DNA of 64,000 nucleotides from Cenococcum geophilum (Eukaryota), in NCBI GenBank assembly GCA_050273025.1, contig CP158635.1, positions 22,878,001-22,942,000 of the forward strand, written 5' to 3'. Position numbers and translations under genes: made by a program. Each line of letters begins with the position of its first letter. Position 1 is the stretch's first letter. Below, one piece after another: positions 36,703 to 49,412 of the stretch. The notes under the pieces are model-generated. The model did not search any database, was not told the DNA's origin, and saw nothing but the letters and a program-made list of their open reading frames with translations.

Positions 36703-38808
36703 ATGGATGTCGAAACTGCGAATGCTCAGGACGCGCGGGTGGAGGCATTGTGGGCAACGCTCGACACGCGAAAGCAAGGCCATTTGGATCTTGCTGGGCT
36801 GAAGAAAGGTCTTCGGAAGCTTGATCACCGTATGTCGGTACTTCCGGATTGCCAGTTCAATCGCTAACTAATTGGGATTGCTAGCTCTCAAAAACGCGGA
36901 TCATTTTCTCACAGATGTTTTAAAGACCGTAGACACGGATGGAGATGGTCGAATTCAGTATAATGGTCAGCAAGTTGATAGGCCTTCTCGTTCACCATAA
37001 CTTCCGATAACAATCGCTGACCGCGACCTCCAAAGAGTTTTGCTCGTTCGTAAAGCATACGGAAAGGGAGCTATTATTTTTATTTAGGAGTATTGACCAC
37101 AACCAAGATGGCAAGCTGTCAAAGGACGAACTCCAAGCTGCGTTTATGCGCGCTGGATTGGCAGTGCCGAGCTCCAAGTTGGACCGGTTCTTTGCAGAGG
37201 TCGATACGAATCATGATGGAGTTATAAGTTTCGATGAATGGCGGTGAGTTGGATAGCTAAACTATGTGCCATTTAAATACACTAACCGTTGAGTGAAGTG
37301 ATTTCTTACTATTCATACCAGCCACCACGCCAAACCTAAAAGCAGTGCTGTCATATTATTCTTCCACAATGAAGATGAACCCTGAGGGAGACGCGCAGAT
37401 CAGTGACGACGTTATTGATGGACTAGGTATAAAGCAGCAATTTCTTAATATTTTCTTTGGCTCTATTATAAGCATCGCAAAAACACCACCCCGACGCCCT
37501 CTGCATATTGAAAGCGTGGAGGTATATGGCACTCAACATCAAGTGATTTTGCAGCCCCTCCCGCCCGAAGTGGAAACTGTCGACTTACCGGCTATCGTAC
37601 CGGATACGGATTGGACCAAATGGGAAAACTTGAAGCCGGTGCTGATTGCGTGTGTTCCCAATTCAGGCTACTTTGTGGCGGGAGGCCTTGCTGGTATCGT
37701 CTCTCGCACCTCGACCGCTCCTCTCGATCGGCTGAAGGTGTATCTCATTGCCCAAACCAGCATCGCGCAAGAGACTGTTTCGGCAGCTAAGTCAGGTGCG
37801 GTTCTACAGGCTATTAAGCATGCTTGGAGGCCGCTGGCAGATGCCACGAAAGAGCTATGGGAGGCCGGAGGGATGCGCAGCCTTTATGCTGGTGAGTGAT
37901 ACTGCCACTTTCTGAGGATAACCCGTAAGCTCATACAACAACTAGGGAATGGATTGAATGTCATCAAAGTGATGCCTGAGTCAGCCATTAAATTTGGGTC
38001 ATATGAGGTTTGTAGATCCTAGCTAGGTGGAACGCCCATAATAACCTTTGCAGGCCGCGAAGCGCGTCTTTGCGAAACTTGAAGGTCACAACGATCCGAC
38101 GAAGATCCAATCGTGGTCAAAATTCGTGGCGGGCGGAATTGGAGGCATGATTTCGCAGTGAGCTATCGTCAACCCTTCCACTGTTGAATATGCTTGCTCA
38201 CCTCGACAGATTTGCTGTTTATCCCATCGATACCCTGAAATTGTGAGTCCACATATAATGAATTTGAGTAATTTCTAATTCTCTACAGTCGTATGCAATG
38301 CGAAACCGTGTCCGGAGGCCTGCACGGAAATAGACTCATCATCGCAACAGCGAAGAAAATGTGGCGCACCGGCGGCATCGTAGCTTACTATCGTGGCCTA
38401 CCAATGGGCATTTTCGGTATCTTTCCGTACTCTGCAATTGACCTCGGGACTTTTGAATACCTAAAACGTGCTGTCGCGAGGCGCAATGCCAAGAATCGTA
38501 GTTGTCACGAGGAAGACGCACAGCCTGGCGGATTCATGACAGCAGCTATTGGTGGATTCAGCGGCGCTATTGGAGCAAGCTCTGTGTATCCACTCAATCT
38601 TCTACGCACCCGACTTCAAAGCCAAGGCACGGTGCTGCACCCGCGAACCTACACCGGAATAGTTGATGTCACGCGGCAAACGATCAAGGGCGAAGGAGTG
38701 AGAGGCTTGTTCAAGGGTCTCACGCCGAATCTTCTGAAAGTCGTGCCAGCAGTATCTATCACCTACGTCGTTTACGACAAATCAAAGAAGATGCTTGATC
38801 TCAGATGA
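36703..38808 (+). CDS. SAL1: Ca2+-binding (EF-hand) mitochondrial ATP-Mg/Pi carrier, multi-exon
   Basis: N-terminal EF-hands (DTDGDGRI, DHNQDGKLSKDEL, DTNHDGVISFDEW). Carrier motifs PLDRLKVYL, YPIDTLK and YPLNLLRTRLQ. Confidence 0.88.
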
Positions 38809-39530
38809 GGTAACATCACGCCTATGTTGCGTACCACGTGCGCCTCGAATGAGGAAAGTCTTGTAAGTACTACGGATACCATAATATTTGACTAATAGGG
38901 CATTATTCTCTGCTATGCAAGACTCTGAACAGAGATGAATTACTTTCTCATCCTTCATCTCGACAAGTCGGCAGCAGAGGCACAACGTCCCGAATGATTG
39001 GATTATTATATCTATAGGAGGAGCAGACTATGGCCCTATCTCGTTGCAGATATCTTCTTTTGCATCATGCGCTTGGGAGCGTGGCCTTGGGAAGCGGGAA
39101 CATTATAGTCCTGCTTTTGTATCAGACGACGACGGCTTCTGGAACGAAGCCAGAATCGATCGGGCGTTTAAGGCGTCCGTAAATATACTGTACGGTACTA
39201 GCGGCGCTAAGCCGGGTTGAATGTGTATTAGAACCTTTTCACAATTGCAATTGTTTACAATGCCAAATTTGCCTCAGGAATACGTCGTGAAGCAGATCAG
39301 TAGGAGATTAGTGAGTCGTTAACATGAGCAGAGATTTATTATTTTTTTGGCCTCTTGAATCTTGTAACTACACAAGAGCAGGTAAAGTACGCTTTCAAAT
39401 GCTTGCAGATTCCCAAAATGCCAACGAACGCCCAGCTTTGAACGTGGCTCGTGCGAGTGCTTATGGTTGCGGCGGATATAGTTACACGTTGGTACAGGAA
39501 ATGATAGGGTGGGAGGGGTGGTGTTGTCGT

Positions 39531-40093
39531 CTACTCATTGATCTTGGCTAGCAGTCTGTAGGAGGTTAGTGATGGAGAGTGCGGGAGTTAGCAGGATTAA
39601 GGGAGAACGTACTCATGGTCCCGGAAAAGGGAATACTCTTCATCGCCGACCTTAATTGGGCTTCCACCATACTATATCTCTGTCAGCGACCCATGCATCG
39701 TCACATCACTCTTTATCGTCTTCTGCAGCGCAATCAATGCACCAATCCGTCACCGCCACTTCATCAAAAAACTGCTTCTTTTCAAATAATCTCGAGATAG
39801 TATCCCTTACCTGAGGAATCAACACCTTATCACCTGGCTGCACACTGCACAGGATCCTCTTCCCATCCTTGTCGAATCCGCCAGGGCCCACGGCGAGCAC
39901 TTTGGCCTCGTTGAGCTCCTTGACAGCGCTCTCGGGCAGGAAGATACCCCCTGCAGTTTTGGCCTCGGCCTTCACGCGCTGCACCAGCACGCGGTCGAGG
40001 AGGGGAGCGAGCGAGCGGATAGACTTAAGAGCGGTGGTCTGAAATGTTAATTAGTTCAAATTCCTGGGGAAATGGGACACGGAAGCTCACCAT
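39531..40093 (-). CDS. HSP10: Mitochondrial 10-kDa co-chaperonin (multi-exon, ATG-only first exon)
   Basis: LAPLLDRVLVQRVKAEAKTAGGIFLPESAVKELNEAKVLAVGPG...VGDEEYSLFRDH..LLAKINE. Confidence 0.95.
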
Positions 40094-40216
40094 TTTGAAT
40101 GTGGATGAAGAATGAAGGATGATTGCGCAGAAATCGGAGAGCGAGCTGTTGCGAATTGGAAAATTGAAGGTCTTGGGATAGCTGTGGTGCTTGCGGTGAA
40201 TCGAGTTTTGCAAATG

Positions 40217-40231
40217 AGAAAATTCCAGAAG
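40217..40231. promoter_or_regulatory. Heat-shock element (nGAAnnTTCnnGAAn)
   Basis: aGAAaaTTCcaGAAg, about 125 bp upstream of the HSP10 ATG, in the short divergent intergenic region. Confidence 0.7.
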
Positions 40232-40340
40232 CCATGCCAAGCCTTGTGCAGGGGGCAGCTTCCGATTCCCGACCTCGGGAGAGCCGCGGCCAGAACACCG
40301 TTGGTATACTACTCAGGGTCAAGCTGGCAACTATAATTGG

Positions 40341-42320
40341 ATGTGGAGCAGGACTGGCCTTCTTTTCACAAGAGAGCTTCGCGCGCCTCGCAATGCTGCT
40401 GCTTTGAAATATTTTAGTCAGGCGGCTGGGGAGCAGAAAGCTCCTCCCGTGAGTCTTGAAGAGTTTTGGGAGGCTTTGGGTTCAATATGGCCATCCACGA
40501 AGAATGTGAAGTCACAGAGGTTTGGTAAGTGGGAGGCTTTCCTTCGTGGCCAAGGCTTTTGGGAACCTCAACTGATGAAATATAGGCCTTGCAGTGAGCG
40601 GTGGAGTAGATTCCATGGCTCTGGCGAGCCTCTGTGCAAACACCTCTCACATTCTTGGCGATTTCCCCAAGTGTGTAGCCTTGATTGTTGACCATAAGAG
40701 CCGTCCGGAAAGTACTGAAGAGGCTCTGTGGGTTGCTCAGCAATTGTTGAAGCATGGTGAGTTGCATTTGGGGTTTACAACCGTTGTCACATGGTATCTA
40801 ACAGTGTACCCTCTAAAGCTGGCATGAACTCGCACATTCTCCCACTCCAGTGGTCCAAAGGGACCAACCCAAGCGAGCTGCTGAATTTCGAGACTCAAGC
40901 ACGAACTCTTCGTTACCAAGCTTTGGGAATTGCCTGCCGTGATCATGGGCTCCGCTCCCTCCTAGTTGCCCACCATAGCGATGATCAGGCTGAAACAATC
41001 ATCACGAGGCTTATTCAAGGACATGTAAGATCAGGCCTACGGGGAATCCAAGCCATCAAAGAAATCCCTGAGTGTTTTGGGCTACACGGCGTGCATCAAA
41101 GCGGGGGACTGGAAAACATGCGAGACTCCATATCCGAGCGAAAATCTAACCTTCTCATGGAAATAGAGACCGGCGGGGTTCAGATACTGCGTCCGTTGCT
41201 TCAGTTTAGTAAGGAGAAGCTCATTTCCACATGTCTTGAGAACCAAATGCCTTGGGTAGAGGACAATACAAATCAAGACAAAACGCTTACTGTGCGCAAT
41301 GCTATCCGGTACATTATCCAACACCACCGTCTACCCGCCGCTCTTAGGAAGGACGAGCTTGTCAACCTGTCACTTCGTATGCAATATAGGCTAGGCCAAA
41401 ATATGGAAGTAGCCGAAGAGCTTTTCGATTCTTGCGAGCTAAAGTTGGATGTGCGATATGGAACTTTGAATGTCCGTTTTTCAGAGAAGACGTTCAGGGT
41501 TTTGGAAAGTGACTCTAGCATTGCGAGAACGGTGGCTGCGTTGCTCCTTGGACGCTTAGCTGAAATTGTTTCTCCCAACGAGACGGTGTCCCCGCGAAGG
41601 CTTGACACTGTGATTGATACACTTTTTCCAGCGCTGAGGACTTCTAATACGCTTGAGAGACCATCGCCAAATGGTTTCACTGCTGCTGGGGTCCAATTTC
41701 GACCTATTGTGGACCAAGGTCGGCGGAGTTCCTTACATCCCAAGCCATTCACGCCTCAATACAATTGGCTCCTTTCTCGTCAACCTTATAGTCTGAACGA
41801 ACCTGCTTCAACAACTATAAACTCTAATAAACTAGGGAGCGATAATGCTTTAGATGCCGCTCGTACAAGTGATGGATTCCAACTCTTTGACGGCCGATTC
41901 TGGATTCGCATCATTAACCCTTCGAAACGTACTGTGATCATACGGAGTCTTCGGGAGGCTGATATAAGACCTATGCGAAAGGCATTGATGAGCCCGACAA
42001 CGAGAGCTAACCTGAACCGATTTAATTCCTTAATCACCGCCATAAAGCCGGCTAACATCCGGTGGACATTACCTGCACTGGTTATGGTAGGCGATACTGG
42101 AAAAGAGCATGTTATCGCGCTTCCGTCTCTAGGGTATAGAATTGGTAGTCGAGCGCAAGAATGCGAAGTGCGTTGGGACATCAGATATAAGAAAATTAAA
42201 GGAGGAACCCACGATCTCGACAAGGTCATCGTTCACTCCCCTTCAAAATCTAAGGCGTCTGTTAACAGCTCGGGAGTTTCGGTGATCGGAAAACCGAGAT
42301 CAATGGAACTCGGAACCTAA
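40341..42320 (+). CDS. tilS: TilS-like PP-loop protein (tRNA(Ile)-lysidine synthase family), introns about 40525-40585 and 40757-40819
   Basis: GLAVSGGVDSMALA PP-loop, IVDHKSR, ETQARTLRY, AHHSDDQAET, ILRPLL and WVEDNTN..RNAIR. Confidence 0.85.
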
Positions 42321-43487
42321 GTCTTTCCGGGTGCCACGGAACGACAACTCCACAATGTTTCAATTTTTGATATATCAGGTGGAATGCAGGGTTTCGACAC
42401 CCTGTTCGCATCTAGAGTGTTTACTTTTAGCGATCTGCCTCCCCACGCAGGGAACGCCCCTCTATTCTAACTATCCTAGATCAGCAAATCGGGAGAAGTC
42501 TAGTACGCAAGCCTTATCTGCCCATCGGCTATATCAAAATAGCATGGCGAACCTCTCACCGATCAGGGAGTTAATATTTATCGTTTGAATAGTGCAGACT
42601 AAGGGTTGCTGTTACGGACCCTCGCTCCGCCCTCCTGTATTGTACATCAACCCTTCGGCTCGGCGCGACTATAGCACTGCCACCAAAAGATAGGATGTAT
42701 ATAATGAGTGATTCCTCATCGAATTTTGAGTCTAGGCTGGTTTTAAGCAGAAGTTGAAAATTCAAGTTCAGGATTAAATCGTGTTGATTTTGTACTTCAA
42801 CTACCGTCTGTCTTTATCCCTAGGGCTTGCTGTGACAGTATCGTCTACACGGTCTCGGGGCACGCAGAGGCCCAGAGGGCCAGAACGAGCATGCCGGGAT
42901 CTATTCAATTCGTTAGGTTGTGGTCAGCCGGCAAAAGGGCCGTTGGGTGAAGTATGCTACGTCATGGCCATACATCGTAAACCACTCGCTCGTCCGATGG
43001 TAGCAATCGTCGCTGTGAATGAGTGAACAGCGGTCTCCGTTTCCATCCATGTCCAACCAAAAGCCGCCTGCTTCCCTGAAGCCAGACTCCTTGATGCCAT
43101 TAGGGTATTCCTTGAACCCAGCCAGTTCTAAAACGGTTCCAGAGGAAAAAACCACACGCTAGTGCTGCCCTGTCCCATGCTCATGCCCAGTAGCTCCCAA
43201 TCAATTCAAGAGCGCTCCAACTCTTGTTTACCCTGGTTGCCTGAGCACATGCAGTCATCCCTCAGTTCCCGAAACACGCGCCATTTTCGCCGTTTTTTCA
43301 CCGGTTTTTCACCGGTTTTCACCGTTTTGTCGCCGTGCTTTTCGCCAATGCATAAGAGCGAACACCATGTACGCCGTCCAAATCGTAAGAAAAAACATCA
43401 AAGGCTCGAACCACTTTGTGTTATCATTGCTGTCGTAAGCCGTAAGTCACTTTCCTGTCATCCTCAGCATTTATGCCTTTACCCACG

Positions 43488-45194
43488 TCACAATTTCGTG
43501 TCCTGACGGTTCGAGTCGCTCAGCCGGCGGATCGGATTCAATGTCACCCCACCCCCTGAGCTGCTCCCGCCAGCTCCGGCACCCCCACTTCCGCTTCTGC
43601 TTCCGCTTCTGCTTTCGCTTCCACTTCCGCTCCCGTTTCCACTAGCTCTGCTCGCACTGCTGCTTCCGGCCGCTGAGCTCGAGCCTGGCCCGCCGCTTCG
43701 ATTCTGTGCCTGGAGACGTGCGCTAGTCAGCCAGTGCAGCTGCATGCGCATTGAGTTGATGGCCGCGTTGGCGTGCAGCATCTCGTCCTTGACGCGCTGA
43801 TTCTCGTTGATGATCATCATGTTTGTGCGGCCCTCGAGATCGGTTAGAGCATTGGCAATGCGGCTGACTTCATCGCGGAGAGACTCATGAAGGCTGAGCA
43901 GGTGGTGCGTGGAGCTGTCGAATGGAGGCTGGGGCGGGTGGCCAGCTGCTGCTGCTTGGTCTGTCTGGGATGCAGACGGAAATGCTGGGGCTGGAAGACG
44001 AAAGTCGGGAGTCCCCGGAAGTGGTCCGGGTGCGTAGTCCATAGCGTTGGGATCCAGTGGATTGGGTACCGGGCACGGCTCATTTGGATTTGGGTTGGCG
44101 GGGTAGAGCATATTATGAATACTTGACAAGCCACCTTCAAGGATTTCGACCTTGCGTTGGAGAAGCTTTTGCTGGGACTCGTGTTCGTCTAGACGTGCCT
44201 TTTGAGATTGGAAGAATGGTGCCATGGTTGCCATAGGACAGATCGTGACGTGTTCAACGACTACAGTGCGCTCATGGGCGAAGGAGCAGCCACAGACCGA
44301 ACCAGGACACGTGACAGTAGCCTTCGGGCAGACATCTTTGAGATGAGATGGTAGATCATGGCGAAGGATCTCTGTGAAGCAGCTGGAACAATCAGTCATT
44401 CGATTGGGGCAGATCTGCTTCTGATGATCCTGGAGAAGATATGTCAGTTTGAGAACAGGATTAACTAGAAAAAAACATACCTCGAGGTCCTTCTTCATCA
44501 TTGACGTGTGACAGTGTTCACAATTGACAGTGTAATGAAGACAGCCCTTGTGGAAATCCTTCTGCAGAACGCCCAAGCGGCAATCGGGAGAAGCACATTC
44601 AACCTGAGCATGGTCACAGTACAGCTCGACATGGTCTTGAACATCGCTCCGTTTGTCCGCCCACGTGCACCCAACCTTTTGATTCGGGCACCTGACACGC
44701 AGCTCATCTAGCATGCTGGTCAGGATTCTCGGGACGGGAAGAGGCTCCTTATTGAGATCTACTCGGCTTCGGCATGTAGGACAGGTTTTGGGGGCTGGGC
44801 CTTCCTGAGCAGCAAATGCTTGCTCCACACAGTCATTGCAGAAGACGTGATCGCAGGCGAGGCGGACGGCTTTATCGAAGGGACAATGGCAGATGAGGCA
44901 AACTAGGTTGCTGTCGCAGGGCTCGAGGTACTCAAGGGTGCGTACGTCGATTGGAACCTTTCTATGTCGGTTGATTCGACGCTTCGACGAAGGTGAGTTG
45001 GAAGCCCTCAGAGCTAATGGAGAAGGTGAATTAGGAGGGCCACCGACCACAAAATCAGAGGGCTCAGGGCGATGTGCGACCACTGGAGAGCTGAGAGCAA
45101 GGGGAGCAGTGCTTGCTGGTAAAGACTGGAAGGATAGAGCCGATTCGGCTCTGCTTGAGGCCCGAGACAGTCGGCGAGACGGGATGGAAGACAT
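43488..45194 (-). CDS. RING-finger / TRAF-type zinc-finger protein (probable in-frame 51-nt intron 44430-44480)
   Basis: C3HC4 RING (CLICHCPF..CDHVFCNDC..CPTCR), TRAF zinc fingers, a coiled coil and the C-terminal RRLSD..RQDTKL. Confidence 0.88.
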   Translation of the reverse strand: MSSIPSRRLSRASSRAESALSFQSLPASTAPLALSSPVVAHRPEPSDFVVGGPPNSPSPLALRASNSPSSKRRINRHRKVPIDVRTLEYLEPCDSNLVCLICHCPFDKAVRLACDHVFCNDCVEQAFAAQEGPAPKTCPTCRSRVDLNKEPLPVPRILTSMLDELRVRCPNQKVGCTWADKRSDVQDHVELYCDHAQVECASPDCRLGVLQKDFHKGCLHYTVNCEHCHTSMMKKDLEVCFFLVNPVLKLTYLLQDHQKQICPNRMTDCSSCFTEILRHDLPSHLKDVCPKATVTCPGSVCGCSFAHERTVVVEHVTICPMATMAPFFQSQKARLDEHESQQKLLQRKVEILEGGLSSIHNMLYPANPNPNEPCPVPNPLDPNAMDYAPGPLPGTPDFRLPAPAFPSASQTDQAAAAGHPPQPPFDSSTHHLLSLHESLRDEVSRIANALTDLEGRTNMMIINENQRVKDEMLHANAAINSMRMQLHWLTSARLQAQNRSGGPGSSSAAGSSSASRASGNGSGSGSESRSGSRSGSGGAGAGGSSSGGGVTLNPIRRLSDSNRQDTKL

Positions 45195-45579
45195 GGTGGT
45201 GATGAGCCAGAAGATGGCTGTCGGGCGGAAAAGCGGGGGAGGAGGGGGATTATATAGCAAGGAGAGAATCAGGGCGAGATTTCATAATGTTGTGCAAAGC
45301 TATGGTGGTGGAGTTGAGTAAGGCGAGGGATTGTTGTCAACCTTGAACGTCGAACAAATCGGAATGCCAGCACGGGCCGGTTCCGAAACCACTCAATTCC
45401 TCCACCCATACCTCAGCTATTTACCTGTTCTGTTTATAGCGGCCCCTACTAAGCCATCCTCCTCTCTTTTTGCCTGAACCATCTTCTTTGTACCGCTTTT
45501 TGCTCTCTGCCAACTAATATTCCTCTAACTCGGCTTCCGTCTCGCCGTCATCTCCACACCTCACAACCACGCCGTAATC

Positions 45580-46457
45580 ATGTCGAGGACAAACCCCTCC
45601 CAGTTATTTCTCCTCGCCGATCATATCAAGCTTTCCCTGCTAGAAAGACAGCGAGCAATCTCCCTAAACCTCTCGCCGAACTCGCAAGATGGCCAAATAT
45701 CCCGCTCGCTCGACTCTTTCCGCTCAGGCATCGAAGCGCTGGAAAGCCAGCTGGAACAATCACCAGACGTGTACGTTGTCTCTCTCTCTCCCTCTCTCCT
45801 CTAGTACCTCCAGCCCCCGCGGCTTCAAAGCCTAAGCTCACACTCTCCAGCTCGCTCCAAGACCAGCTCTCCACCCTCAACACCCAGCTCACAGACCTAA
45901 CCACGCAATTCGCCTCCAACGGCGCCAACCCCTCCGCCACCCTCGCCTCCCCAAACAACGCCTCCCTCTCCCCTGACTTCGCCGCAGCACAGCAACCGCC
46001 GTCCCAGAAAGGCGCCCGCACATCCCAGACCTCGAGATCCGTCCGCTTCACCGACAACCCAGCCGCCTCCTCGCCGCCAGACCCGAACCGCGCCGCGCTC
46101 TTCCCCTACCGCGACGACCCGGACGACGCGGCCCCCCCGGACCACCGCGAGCTCGACAACCAGCAGATCCACACGTACCACGCGCAGGTGATGCGCGAGC
46201 AGGACGCGCAGCTGGACCGGCTGGGCGAGTCGATCGGGCGGCAGCGCGAGCTCAGCATGCAGATTGGCGACGAGCTGGACGGGCAGGTGCTCTTGCTGGA
46301 TGAGGTCGATGAGGGGGTGGACCGGCATCAGGGACAGTTTCGCAGGGCGCGCGGACGGCTGGAGAGGGTGGGGCGGAAGGCGAGGGATAATTGGAGCTTG
46401 ACGGTTATTGTGGTGCTGATTGTGGTTTTGGTGCTTCTGATTGTCGTGTTGAAGTGA
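45580..46457 (+). CDS. SYN8: Syntaxin-8-like Qc-SNARE (intron 45771-45850)
   Basis: MSRTNPSQLFLLADHIKLSLLERQRA N-terminus, SNARE motif EQDAQLDRLGESIGRQRELSMQIGDELD and a C-terminal TM helix. Confidence 0.85.
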
Positions 46458-46943
46458 GCTCCAGGGAGGAGAGGGGGGTTTGGGTTGAGGAGTGGGCGGC
46501 GTTGGGAGTATTGGGGGTTTAGCGGTCGGGTTCGTATGTACAGTGTGGCTGGCTGTTTTGCGCGTAGATACCGTGCTATGTTCGGGGTATATGTGACTGC
46601 ATTTCTTTTTTTCTCCGCAAATGCGTCTTGGAATTCGCTCTTGAACTGCTCTTGTTAACACCGTGTCTAGGTCTGAGTTCCCACACCGCTTTCGAGTCTA
46701 TCACACAGGCATATGAGTGACGAGAGGGGCCTGTTTACACACAATACCTCAATTACCGCAACAATTGAGTTTCGTTGCAGTATCCTAATGCAAAAAGCAG
46801 TCATAAGGCAGTGGCATCTGCTCTACACGTTTCTCTGAGCCAAGAAAACTCATCACAGTCATATCAGCATTACTTCCACAACACCAACCCTCCCCTCCAA
46901 CCCACTCGTACATCCCCCAAACCCACCCCTTCTTCCCATCGCC

Positions 46944-49412
46944 TTAATACCCCGTCCCTCCATACCCGCCATACCCCCCTCCATAACCCCCGTGCTGCTG
47001 CCCTGGCGCATTCGGATCATGCTGCTGCTGCCCCTGCTGCTGCTCCCCCGGCGCGCCATACCCAGGATACGCATAGTCCGTCTGGTCAAACTGTCCCTGG
47101 CCCTGCGGCTGCTGATACGGGACCTCGTAGCCCTGCTGGAACGCGGTCGGCATGGCGTACGCCGGCTCGACGCCCTGGCCGCCGGCGTACTGGCCGTGCT
47201 CGAACGCCGCGCCGTGGTACGGGTCGCCGGGCTGCCCGCCGGCGTACTGGCTCTCGTACGGCTGGAAGGAGCCCCAGTGCTGCGTGTGCTGCTGCTGCTG
47301 GGGTGCGGGGCTGTGGCCGCTGTAGCTGTCACTGTAACCGGGCTGGCCGTAGGGCTCGGGCTCGATGTCGCGCTTGTTGAGCAGGGCGAAGGGCGAGCTG
47401 CTGCTGCTGCCACCGCCGCCGCCGCTGCCGGTCAGCTTGCCCAGGCCGGGGATGCCGGGGATGTTGAAGCCGCCGGAGGCAGGGCCGTGACCGCCTGCGC
47501 CTGGCTGCCCGCCGTGGGTGTGGTTGTCGCCGCCGCTGTGGTTGTGGCCCTCGCGCACGCTGTTGGAGCTCAGGATGTTGTTGAGCGAGCGGCCGCGGTC
47601 GGCTCGGCCGTCGACCCAGCGCTTGACGACGTCAAACATGATGCGGTGCACCTCGCACGCGCTGTCACGCAGCGCCGGGTGGTGGAAGACGCGGATCACG
47701 TCGTTGAGCACCTGGTTGACGGGCACGTCCGGGTGGTCCCACGCGTAGACGACGCGCGGCGCGACGTACTGCAGGATGGCGGTTGCGACCTGCCCCGCGG
47801 GCTCGTTGAGGATGTTGGAGAAGTGGTCTTTGGAGAGCAGCGAGTGTGTCGGGTCGGTGCAGTAGGGGTCCGTCCACGGCTCGTACTGGTGCTTGCCTGA
47901 GCTCTCCACGACGGCGGAGCTGCCGAGCTTCAGTTGCTCTGAGGCTGCGTTGATGATAGGTTGGATGAATGGCGCGAGGAGGGACAGCACGAACAGCGTG
48001 ACTCGCTCGGTGATGGTTTCGATCAGTTTCTCCAGGCCAGGGATCCTGGAGACGATGGCAGAGATCGAGCGCACGACCTTGTCCCGGAATGCGAGGATAG
48101 GGTAGATCTTAGGGATAATTGTCGAGGGGTCAAGATTAGGGTTCATGCCTGGAATACCGGGTCCAGGAGGCCCACCCACGGAACCCGGTGGTGCGTCGAA
48201 AGTTTGGGGCTGCTGGTGACTCGAAGCGCGAGAGCTGCTGTAGGGGTCATGATCTATCCCGCGCGAATTAGATGCCGCTTGAGCGTCTGAAGCGGCTTGC
48301 AAAGCAAAGGCTTCTTGGCAGAGTCCACTGGTGCCAGGGACTTTGGAGAGGAGGTCAGTCAGACCTGACACGCCTGCAGAGCCGCCAGAGGTAGACTTGG
48401 GGTTGCTAGAGGAGGCATCGCCAAGCGCAGCATTCATCTCGTCGATTTCGGATTGCGTGAAGTGATCAGTGGCTTCCCCAAGGACTGAGTGCAAGAAGTC
48501 CACACCTCCAAACGTTCCGGTTACAAGAGGGAAAATATGCTTTCCATGTACGTTGAGCTGAGTTGAGCTGCCGGTGTGCGGGAAGACATTTGTGAAGCCA
48601 AGCTCGCGAAGAGTGAGTTCAGTGTAGTTGGTGTGGGCTCCAAAGTCTTCCAAACAGTGGAGACCTTGGCCCAAACAACGTAATGCCTCGCAGAGATCTT
48701 CTTCGCGTCCGCGAGACCCTGACGGGCCATGGGTGTACATACGCCCATAATGGATGCTCCGAGAGAAGGAGAATTTGATGTAGCCGGCTGAAGTAGCCCA
48801 GCCGCCGTACTCATTAGCGATGTAGTTTTTCATACCTGGAACATGTTAGAAAATAGCCTTAGAAAAACTATAGTACACTACTGTTTAGAAATCCATATTA
48901 GGCTTCAGAACAGACTCACCAGTGTTAGGATCAATAGCTAGTTCTTCAGGAGAAACTGGTCCACGCAACCGCGGGTCATATTTCCTCGCATCCATGTTAT
49001 CTGCATAATCTTTTGGGTTGTCGATATGCTCCTCAGGCCTATAGACACCCAACCGCTCACTGGTAACCTCAAACTCGGCAGTGGCATAGCCAAATGACAT
49101 GAAAGCAAGGACCCAGACAAGGATGCGGATGGTATCTGCTTGGACGCCCTTTAAGGTGCCAACATCAACTGCCTGCGAATAGTCGCGCAGCCAGTTGCCA
49201 AAGTAGACGCGCTTGATCATCATGGAAGTCCACTTGTGGCCGCGCAGACATGCGACGGTTTTAAGCATGTCCTCGATATCGCCATGGCGCCAGTTGCGCC
49301 CTTCGATCTTTGAAATGGATGCGATATTCCCAGCGCCAAAGGCATGAGCGGGGGAGGGAAGTAGCACTAGGAGAGCTACGGCGAGAAGGAAAAGGTATTT
49401 AGAAGACGGCAT
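46944..49412 (-). CDS. het-c: HET-C family protein (Neurospora het-c type), intron 48836-48919
   Basis: Signal peptide, then AFGAGNIASIS..WRHGDIED, RVYFGNWLRDYSQ, LHCLEDFGAHTNY and DPTHSLLSKDHF, and a Gly/Gln/Tyr-rich C-terminus. Confidence 0.93.

Noticed and set aside
45897..47900. Long ORFs overlapping SYN8 and het-c (254, 201, 302 aa)
   Set aside because: They are shadows of GC-rich codon usage in the real genes.
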